Position numbers and translations under genes: made by a program. DNA of 64,000 bases, from positions 79,779 to 143,778 of the forward strand of contig JANQPT010000018.1 in assembly GCA_028285345.1 (NCBI GenBank). The letters are read 5' to 3'. The notes below the pieces were generated by a model. That model was not told where the DNA came from, made no database searches, and was given only the letters and a program-made list of their open reading frames with translations. Of this stretch, positions 27,909 to 36,200 are shown piece by piece; position 1 is the first letter of the stretch; every line of letters starts with the position of its first letter. This DNA comes from Planctomycetales bacterium (GTDB taxonomy: Bacteria; Planctomycetota; Planctomycetia; Planctomycetales; Planctomycetaceae).

Positions 27909-28121
27909 CGCGGAGACACGGAGCAGAAACAAATCCGAAGCACGAAATTCGAGATCCGAAACAAATTCAAAATACAAAACTCAAATGGCTGAAACATGTG
28001 AGATTAGGCCCAGCAGGAATCTGTAGACCGAAATGTTTTGGTCATTGGATATTCGGACATTCGAATTTGTTTCGGATTTCGTGCTTCGAATTTCGTATTC
28101 GAAACCTTCGTGTCTCCGTGA
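27909..28121. repeat. MITE-like intergenic element with inverted CGGAGACACGGAG termini
   Basis: Left end cggagacacggag (27911-27923), right end cgtgtctccgtg (28109-28120, reverse complement). The interior has internally repeated gaaat(t/c)cgaa/aagcacgaaat/ccgaaacaaattc units in inverted orientation. It fills the whole intergenic space. Confidence 0.6.
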
Positions 28122-28164
28122 TTTCCTAAATCTTAACCGACAGTCGGCAAGTGCGCAACCAATT

Positions 28165-29250
28165 CTATGCACGGTACAACTCAGCCACGTGTTCGCCGTA
28201 GCCGTTGTATTTTTGGGTTGGATGCTTCTCCATGGTGCCGAGCATCCATTCTGTTTCCTGGCTCCAGCGCGGGTGCGGGACCTCGGGGTCCACGTTGGCC
28301 GTGAAGCCGTATTCGTGCGGCATATAGGTATTCCAGAACGTGGCCGGCTGCTCTTTGGTGAGCGTGATCCGCACGATCGATTTGCAACTTTTGAAGCCGT
28401 ACTTCCAGGGGACGACGAGGCGAATCGGCGCGCCGTGTTGTTTGGCCAGCGGCTGCCCATAGATGCCGGTGGCAATGAATGCCAAATCGTTCATTGCTTC
28501 TTCGATGGTCAGCCCCTCCGTGTAGGGCCAGGGATAGGAAAACAGCACCGACGACATATTCGGCCCGTCGAATGTGGGCAGGCCCGCCTTTTCGTCGGCT
28601 TCGTTCGGCACGTCAAATGTCTGAAGCGCGACGAACTTCGCGCCGCTTGACGGTTCAACCTTCTCAAGGAGTTTGCTCAGAGGAAACCCGGTCCAGGGGA
28701 CGCACATCGCCCACGTTTCGACACAGCGATGCCGATAGGCCCGTTCCTCAAACGGCATCATCTTGTAGATGTCATCGATATCGAATGTCTGCGGCTTACC
28801 GCACTCGCCGGTGACTTCAAACTTCCAGGGATGCGGCTCGAAATCGTCGACGACTGCGAAGTTGGCTTTGCCGCCGGAGAATTCGTAAAAGTTTGTGTAG
28901 CGGGCCGCCTCTTCTTGTTTGGTCTCCGGGCGTCCGTATTCGAAATGGGGATTTCGGCGGGCGCCGAATTTGTTGTCCTTGGCTTCTTCCCATCGATCGT
29001 ATTCGGACCCGGCAGGATCGTCGGCCCGCTCCCCAAGCGTCTCCGGCAGGTCGACTTTTCCGGCTTCAAGCACCTCGGTATCGGTAGCGCGATGACATCC
29101 CGACACGAGCGACGACAGTCCCAAACCCGCTGCACCCATGCCCATCGCGGCCAAAAAGCGGCGCCGATGGAGTTTGCGGGCGGCGTAGACCGCCTCCGGG
29201 GTGTGCCGGCTGTCCGGGACGTGCCAAATTCTGCGCTGGTGATAATGCAT
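28165..29250 (-). CDS. msrP: Protein-methionine-sulfoxide reductase catalytic subunit MsrP (YedY-type molybdoenzyme)
   Basis: TAT signal RRRFLAAMGMGAAGLGL. Near-collinear similarity to E. coli MsrP: NFYEF, EERAYRHRCVETWAMCVPWTGFPLSKLL, GAPIRLVVPWKYGFKSCKSIVRI, HPRWSQETE, NGYGEHVAELY. Confidence 0.85.
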   Translation of the reverse strand: MHYHQRRIWHVPDSRHTPEAVYAARKLHRRRFLAAMGMGAAGLGLSSLVSGCHRATDTEVLEAGKVDLPETLGERADDPAGSEYDRWEEAKDNKFGARRNPHFEYGRPETKQEEAARYTNFYEFSGGKANFAVVDDFEPHPWKFEVTGECGKPQTFDIDDIYKMMPFEERAYRHRCVETWAMCVPWTGFPLSKLLEKVEPSSGAKFVALQTFDVPNEADEKAGLPTFDGPNMSSVLFSYPWPYTEGLTIEEAMNDLAFIATGIYGQPLAKQHGAPIRLVVPWKYGFKSCKSIVRITLTKEQPATFWNTYMPHEYGFTANVDPEVPHPRWSQETEWMLGTMEKHPTQKYNGYGEHVAELYRA

Positions 29251-29338
29251 CGTCGATCGCCCTAGTTACATTCTTGTCAAAGTTGTACTTTCAATTGTAG
29301 AAGCAGGATCGACTTTGAAAAGCCGGATGTGCGTCCGC

Positions 29339-30118
29339 TCAGCGATAACCCTTGCTCTTCAAAAACTGAATCAGTTGCGCGGGGTGGTCGCTTTGAATCG
29401 CGTGGACTCCCAGATCGAGTGACTTTTGAAATCCGGACGGCTGGTCGTTTTCTCCGAGGTTGTCGACCCAGATCTCGGCTCCCGCATCCCGGGCGGCCTT
29501 CGCGAGTTCCGGCGTCCAGTCACGCACGTTGCCGTCGAACGTTTCGGCCATGAGGTCGCGGCGGATGGATCTGATTTTCTCCACAGAACCGGGGTTGGGG
29601 GGCATGATCCAAATCTTGGGGTTCAGCTTCTTGAATTGGCGAAGGTCGTCGTAGGAACTGTAGACGATCACTTCCTCGATCATGTTCTGCCGTGCGACAA
29701 CTTTGACGACCTCCAGGACCGGCGCTTCCTTGTGATCGACGTAGACCTTGATTTTGCCGCGGCAGAAGCGGAGCGCCTCTTCGAACGTGGGCACCTTCTC
29801 GGAATCGCCGACGGTCAATTGCTGTATTTTGACGTAGGTCAGGTCTTTGACATTCCCCGTGCCGTCGGTGGTGCGGTCGACGGTGCGGTCGTGCATCAGC
29901 ACCAAGACGCCGTCCCGGCTGCGGCGGACGTCGACTTCGACGTAATCGCAGCCGAGATCGATCGCGTGCTGAAAGGACTTGAGCGTATTCTCCGGAGCGT
30001 TTTTGTGTGCGCCGCGATGGGCAATCACCCTGATCCGCTTGGGGTTCGATTCTGCCGCAGCCGTCATGCCCGCGATCCTCATCAAAACTGTGAGCAGCAG
30101 GAACAGACGAACGAGCAT
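29339..30118 (-). CDS. Glycerophosphodiester phosphodiesterase (GDPD family)
   Basis: IAHRGAHKNAPENTLKSFQHAIDLGCDYVEVDVRRSRDGVLVLMHDRTVDRTTDG is the GDPD catalytic signature (HR...ENT...E.D). N-terminal signal/TM MLVRLFLLLTVLMRIAGMTAAA. Start set at ATG 30118. The ORF track's 30259 adds 47 aa. Confidence 0.75.
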   Translation of the reverse strand: MLVRLFLLLTVLMRIAGMTAAAESNPKRIRVIAHRGAHKNAPENTLKSFQHAIDLGCDYVEVDVRRSRDGVLVLMHDRTVDRTTDGTGNVKDLTYVKIQQLTVGDSEKVPTFEEALRFCRGKIKVYVDHKEAPVLEVVKVVARQNMIEEVIVYSSYDDLRQFKKLNPKIWIMPPNPGSVEKIRSIRRDLMAETFDGNVRDWTPELAKAARDAGAEIWVDNLGENDQPSGFQKSLDLGVHAIQSDHPAQLIQFLKSKGYR

Positions 30119-30333
30119 GAGTATTTTCCCCCGATCATGGCTGCGGCCATTTGCGCCGGCGATTAATTCGAGAATCTGCAGTATTCGGGGAAACTGTAAG
30201 AACCCGCACCAACCGCGAATTCCCGCTATGGTCTCCGAATTTCGTGATCCAATCTCCAAAAAACTTCGTTATCCCAGAGGCCATGCCGAGACGCGTTGCA
30301 TAATAGCAACATGTTACCAAAGGGGAACGCCCA

Positions 30334-30945
30334 ATGTGGGAAACCGTGCAGACCTATTTCAGCGGACCGATGCTGGTGCCCAGTGCGCTGTTGGCGTTGG
30401 TCTTGTTGTATTGGTTGTTCGTGATCTTAGGCGCGTTCGACATGGACGTCCTGGATATCGACGCCGACTTAGATATCGGCGGCGACTCCATTTTCGGCAT
30501 CGGATTCGTCGCATTGCGATTTCTGAATATCGGCGACGTGCCGATCATGGTTTGGTCTAGCGTCTTTGGACTCAGTTTTTGGATCATCACCGCGATGGTG
30601 GTCCGATTGTTTGCGGACGGGATTTCCGCAAGTCCTGTCGTCGCAGTGATCGGCAGTGGATTGGTTGCGATGTTCTTGTCCAAACTGATCACCAATCCGC
30701 TACGCGGAAAGTTTAATGCGAAGGAACCCAATACGGTCGCCGATTTGATGGGACAGACCTGTGTCATCACGGCTGAAACGAATAAACAGTATGGCCAGGC
30801 CGAAATACGAACGTCGGCAGCGCCATTGCTTCTAAACGTAAGAACACTTGAAGGAACCTTGGCCAAAGGGACGCAAGCCAAGATTGATGATTTCGACGCG
30901 GAAAACCACCTGTATTATGTAAGCGGTTCCGAAGGAAAGGTGTGA
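30334..30945 (+). CDS. NfeD/YqiJ-like membrane protein (flotillin-associated, OB-fold C-terminus)
   Basis: N-terminal TM helices, acidic DIDADLDIGGD loop, and C-terminal beta-rich domain (GQTCVITAETNKQYGQAEIRT). Placed immediately 5' of the flotillin gene, as in E. coli yqiJ-yqiK. Confidence 0.6.
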   Translation: MWETVQTYFSGPMLVPSALLALVLLYWLFVILGAFDMDVLDIDADLDIGGDSIFGIGFVALRFLNIGDVPIMVWSSVFGLSFWIITAMVVRLFADGISASPVVAVIGSGLVAMFLSKLITNPLRGKFNAKEPNTVADLMGQTCVITAETNKQYGQAEIRTSAAPLLLNVRTLEGTLAKGTQAKIDDFDAENHLYYVSGSEGKV

Positions 30946-30949
30946 GAAA

Positions 30950-33052
30950 ATGCCTTGGCAAGAATTGATAATCGTAATCGCTGGGATTGGAGTCGTTGCT
31001 CTCGGGCTTGGAGTCGGCTTTGCGCGGTTCTTCCGCAAGGTTGGTCCGGAAGAAGCTCTAGTCAAATCGGGTGCGGGCGGATTGAAGGTTGCAACTGGAA
31101 ACGGGATGTGGGTGATTCCCATCATGCACCGTGTCGAAACAATGGACCTCTCCGTCAAACGGATCGAAATCACGCGTCGCGGTGAAGCGGGCCTCATTTG
31201 CAGAGACAACATCCGCGCCGACATCGAAGTTGCCTTCTTCGTCCGCGTGAACAACACCGGCGAGGACATCAAAAACGTCGCGCAATCACTCGGCTGCCGA
31301 CGCGCGTCCGAACAGCGGGCTCTCGTCGAGCTGTTCGACGCCAAGTTCTCCGAAGCCCTCAAAACGGTCGGCAAGCAGTTTGATTTTGTCGAACTGTATA
31401 ACGAGCGGGACAAGTTCAAGGTCGAAATCCTCAAGGTCATCGGCACCGACCTCAACGGCTATATCCTTGATGACTGTGCCATCGACTACTTGGAACAGAC
31501 GCCGGTTGAGATGCTCAGCCCGAATAATATTCTCGATGCCGAAGGCATCAAGAAAATCACCGATCTGACAGCGCAGGAGCACATCCAGGCGAACGACATC
31601 ACCCGCGAAAAAGAAAAGACGATCAAGAAGCAGGACGTCGAAGCCCAGGAAACGATTCTGGAGCTCGAACGGCAGCGGGTTGAAGCGGTTGAGAAGCAAA
31701 AGCGGGAAATCGCCGAAGTCTCCGCCCGCGAGCAGGCTGAAGCGAAGCGCGTGCAGGAAGAAGAACGTCTTAAGGCAGAACGGGCACGGATTACGACCGA
31801 AGAAGAGGTCAGCATCGCCGACGAAAATAAGGACCGGCAGATCATCGTCGCCCGCAAGAGCAAGGAACGGACCGACGCGGTCGAGACCGAGCGGGTTGAG
31901 AAGGACCGCCTGTTGGAAGCGACCGAGCGGGAACGGGTCGTCACGTTGGCCCAGATCGAAAAAGACAAAGCGGTCGAAGTCGAAAAGCGGAATATCCAGG
32001 ACGTGATCCGCGAGCGGGTGGTTGTCGAGCGGGCGGTCGTCGAGCAACAGGAAAAGATCAAAGACACCGAAGAATTCGCCACCGCCGACCGTTTGAAACA
32101 GGTCACGGTCACCAAGGCGGAAATGGAAGCCCAAGAATCGTTGGTCAAGGAAGTCAAAGCGGCCGAAGCCTCCAAAACAGCGGCCGAACTGCTGGCCGAA
32201 CAGCGCGTCGTCGAAGCGGAAGCCGAACGGGCAGCCGCCGAGAAGGATACGCAGGCGCAGAAAATGCTCGCCGAAGCCAAAACGGCCGACGCGGCCGCCA
32301 TCGGATTGGCGGATGCACAGGTGCTGGAAGCCAGAGCGGTCGCCATCGAAAAAGAAGGCACGGCCGAGGCCAACGTCCTGCAGCGCAAAGCGGTCGCCGA
32401 AGCGAAGGGCATCGAAGCCAAAGCGACGGCCGTCGAAAAGCAAGGCACAGCCGAAGCGAGCGTGATGCACCTCAAGTTCACCAGCGAAGCGAAGGGCATC
32501 GAGGAAAAAGCCAACGCCATGAAACTGTTCGACGGCGTGGGCCGCGAACACGAGGAATTCAAGCTGCGATTGAACAAAGACAAGGATATCGAAATCGCCG
32601 CGATTTCGGCGCAACAGGAAATTGCCGAAGCGCAGGCGGACATTGTCGGCGAAGCCCTCAAGTCGGCCCGCATCGACATCGTGGGCGGCGAAACGACCTT
32701 CTTCGACAAGATCGTCGATTCGATCAAGGGCGGAAAAGCGGTCGACCGCTTCGTGCACAACAGCGAAGTACTGACCGACGTGAAGAACTCATTCTTCAAC
32801 GGCAATCCGGACTACTTCCGCGACAAGTTGCAAGATTTTGTCGGCCAGTTCAACATGAGCTTCGACGATGTCAAGGATCTCAGCATCGCCGCATTGATCG
32901 GCAAGATGCTCACGCAGTCCGAAAGCGACGAAACGACGTCGGAACTGCAGCGGCTGCTCACGATGGTCAAAGGGACCGGCCTGGCCGATAAAAAGGTCGG
33001 CACGCTGAACATCGGCGGCCAGACCCTGACGATCGGCGGCAAGGACTCGTAA
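30950..33052 (+). CDS. Flotillin-like SPFH/band-7 protein (YqiK/FloT type) with long Ala/Glu-rich coiled-coil tail
   Basis: N-terminal TM plus SPFH core (GPEEALVKSGAGGLKVATGNGMWVIPIMHRVETMDLSVKRIEI...ICRDNIRADIEVAFFVRV). Then ~400 aa of EA/KA-rich repeats (flotillin domain). 4-nt gap from the NfeD-like gene. Confidence 0.8.
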   Translation: MPWQELIIVIAGIGVVALGLGVGFARFFRKVGPEEALVKSGAGGLKVATGNGMWVIPIMHRVETMDLSVKRIEITRRGEAGLICRDNIRADIEVAFFVRVNNTGEDIKNVAQSLGCRRASEQRALVELFDAKFSEALKTVGKQFDFVELYNERDKFKVEILKVIGTDLNGYILDDCAIDYLEQTPVEMLSPNNILDAEGIKKITDLTAQEHIQANDITREKEKTIKKQDVEAQETILELERQRVEAVEKQKREIAEVSAREQAEAKRVQEEERLKAERARITTEEEVSIADENKDRQIIVARKSKERTDAVETERVEKDRLLEATERERVVTLAQIEKDKAVEVEKRNIQDVIRERVVVERAVVEQQEKIKDTEEFATADRLKQVTVTKAEMEAQESLVKEVKAAEASKTAAELLAEQRVVEAEAERAAAEKDTQAQKMLAEAKTADAAAIGLADAQVLEARAVAIEKEGTAEANVLQRKAVAEAKGIEAKATAVEKQGTAEASVMHLKFTSEAKGIEEKANAMKLFDGVGREHEEFKLRLNKDKDIEIAAISAQQEIAEAQADIVGEALKSARIDIVGGETTFFDKIVDSIKGGKAVDRFVHNSEVLTDVKNSFFNGNPDYFRDKLQDFVGQFNMSFDDVKDLSIAALIGKMLTQSESDETTSELQRLLTMVKGTGLADKKVGTLNIGGQTLTIGGKDS

Positions 33053-33094
33053 AGATATTCGAACGTTGACGAAGTGGATTTGAAACCACAGAGT

Positions 33095-33255
33095 CACGGA
33101 GACACGGAGAGTTGCTAAACTGCAGCCGAATCGTTTACTTCGGTGATATCAAGGCACCAAGGCAGCTTTGAATCTCCCGACTTCGTGAGTTCCGCCACAG
33201 AAATTCTCAAGCTGTGCGTCGAGAGTTTTATCTGTGTGCCTCCGTGCCTCCATGG
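33095..33255. repeat. MITE-like intergenic element with inverted (CACGGAG)n termini
   Basis: Left cacggagacacggag (33095-33109), right gtgcctccgtgcctccatgg (33236-33255, reverse complement ccatggaggcacggaggcac). The interior is unrelated to the 27909 element. Sits between the flotillin stop and the giant ORF start. Confidence 0.6.
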
Positions 33256-33265
33256 TTAATTCAAT

Positions 33266-36200
33266 TTGCAGAATTCTGGACACGCCCCCATGGCTCAAGC
33301 AGAACTCGACAAGACAGCCGCGGAGGAAGAAGCCGCGCCGGCGGTTGAGCTGCAGGGCAGTACGTATGAGATTATCCGCAACCGGCTGAACACGCACGGG
33401 ACGGAGCTTCGCAGCCGGCTGGAGCAGCTCAACGACGCCCGCAAGGAGGTGTTCGGCTCGATCGACACGGTGCTGCTCTCTACGGAGCGGATCACCACCG
33501 AGCATAACTGTGAGCCCCGCGACATGGTCGCTGTCGGGAACCGATTCTTGTTCGGCTACAACGTGCATTTCGGCCTCAAGTCGGAACGGCACCTCTCCGA
33601 CGTCTTCTCAGCCTACGAATTCAAAGAAGGCGGATTCCACGAACTGCCGCTGGACATCGTTTCCGACCCGCGGTTTGAAAAGGACTTCCAGGACGTTTAC
33701 CGCTACTACAAGAACGCAGTGTTCGCCAAGTTTTTCGTCCGCGGGCCGCACTTGTATATGATCTTTCGCGTGGGCAAGGGTGTCCACGACATTAAGACCT
33801 TCAAATGGGCCCTGCAGGGCGACGAGTTGGTCTACGTCGACAATCGCAGCGACCACGAAGTCCGCTACCCTCCACAACACGAGTTCGAGTGGACCCGCAC
33901 GCACCGCGATCTGCATCAAACCGGCCAACACCCGCACATCTCGATCGAAGACCGCATCTTCGTCGAGACCATCGGCGGGGATTTGACGATCAAAGTCGAG
34001 AACAACACCGACTCGGGCGAGGGCATTTATTCCGAACCGGTCGACGACCCGGACCAGACGCTCGACGATGCGGAAATTTATTACGCCGCCGTCGGCAACG
34101 TGATTCTGCTGAAGGTCAAACCTTACCAAGAGCAGACATTTCGCTACTTCGTCTACAACGAAAAGCTGCAACAGGCGCAGCGGCTCGACGCACTGGAATA
34201 CGCGTGCGTCCTGCTGCCCGACGACCACGGGTTGATCTTCGCCGACGGCTACTATTTGCAGACGGGGTTGTGCAAGACGTTCGGCAGCAATCTGGTCGAC
34301 ATGATCTTCGAACGCCGCATCGCGGCGGCCAACGGTGAAGATTACCTCTACGTGTTTTATAACCGTCTGGCCGGCGTGTATGTGCTGTTGCAATACAATC
34401 TGATCGAGCAGCGCGTGGAAACACCCGTCATCTGCAACGGTTTCACGTTCTTCCCCAACGGCGAGATGGTCTGCTTCAAGGCGCAGGAGGAACCGCAAAA
34501 GCATCATGCGGTGCAGGTTTGGCAGACGCCGTATGTGGGCGAAGACTACGTGCCGCACTCGCAGACCGACTCGTTCCTGTTCAAGATCGGCAATAAGGAT
34601 ATCGTCCGCGGCATGGCGGAATGCCATGAACTGCTGGAGTTGATTGAAAAAGAGGACACGTACGCCAATCTGTACGTCGACATCACCAAAGAAGCGAGCG
34701 GCATCGTCGATTCGTACTTTTGGGTCGACAAGCCGGAGACGTTTGACCTCAAAGAGCCGCTGGTCAAGATTCGCGACGCCGCATCCGCCGCCGTTGATGA
34801 GTTCGACAAAGTCGTCCGCGTCAAACAGGACACCGCCCGGCAGACCAAACGGGTCAGTGAACAAGCCCGCGAGATCATCTCCGCCGTCGGCCATAAGCGG
34901 TTCGACCACATCAACGATTTCGTCGGATCGCTCAGAGATCTGCGTTCGGTCCGGGGCGACATCATTTCGCTCCGCGATCTGCGGTATGTTGACGAACCGC
35001 TCGTTGAATCACTGGAGAACGAAGTCTCCGAACAGGCGGACAAACTGGCACAGCGGTGCGTGACGTTTTTGCTCGACCCGGCGGCGCTCACGCCTTACGA
35101 GCAAAAAGTCGCGGCTGAACAAGGGAAAATCGACGGTCTCACAAAAGTCACCGATGCCAAAGCGGTCGAGGAGGACATCTCCACCAGCGCCACGGAATTG
35201 GAGATGCTGATCGAGATCGTCAGCAACCTGAAGATTGACGACGCCACACAGCGAACGGCGATCATCGACAACATCTCGGCGATTTTCTCGACGGTCAACG
35301 CCGCCCGCGCGGCCCTGAAGAACAAGACGCAAGAGTTGCTCTCGGTCGAAGGCATCGCCGAGTTCAACTCGCAAATGAAGCTGCTCAACCAGGGGGTCGT
35401 CAACTACCTCGACATCTGTGACACGCCGGAGAAGTGTGAAGAATTCCTCACCAAGGTGATGATCCAGATTGAGGAATTAGAGGGCCGGTTCGCGGAATTC
35501 GACGAATTCGTCGTACAGCTCAGCGAAAAGCGGGAAGAAATTTACAACGCGTTTGAAACGCGCAAGCTGTCGCTGGTCGAAGCCCGTAACAAACGCGCAA
35601 GCGCCCTGGCCAATGCCGCCGACCGGATTCTCAAAGGGATCAAGACCCGCGTCGACAGCCTGGAGTCGATCAACGACATCAACGGCTACTTCGCGTCGGA
35701 CTTGATGATCGAAAAAGTCCGCGACATCGTCGAGCAGCTCAAGGAACTTGACGATACGGTCAAGGTCGACGACATCCAAAGCCGGCTCAAGACCGTCAAG
35801 GAAGATGCGGTCCGGCAACTCAAGGACCGGCAGGAGCTGTTTGTCGAAGGCGACAACATCATCAAGCTGGGCGAGCACCGCTTCTCCGTGAACGTGCAGG
35901 CGCTCGATTTGACAACTGTGCTCCGCGACGGCGAGATGAATCTGCACCTTACCGGAACGAACTTCTTCGAGCCGATCAAAAATGAGACTTTGACCGCGAC
36001 CCGTGACGTCTGGGACCAAGAGGTCGTCTCCGAGAACCGCCAAGTCTATCGCGGCGAATATTTGAGCTACAAAATCCTGCAATCGCTGCGGGAACCGGGC
36101 GCCGAGCCGTCGCTCGACGAACTCCACAACTACGACGAAAAACAATTGGCCGCCTACGTGCAGCGGTTCATGGGGCCGCGTTACGGCGAGGCTTACGTCA

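Noticed and set aside
31286-32805. 490-aa and 439-aa minus-strand ORFs
   Set aside because: Antisense to the flotillin coiled-coil region. Compositionally biased (F/L/G or S/A/T-rich), an artefact of GAA/GCC repeat codons.
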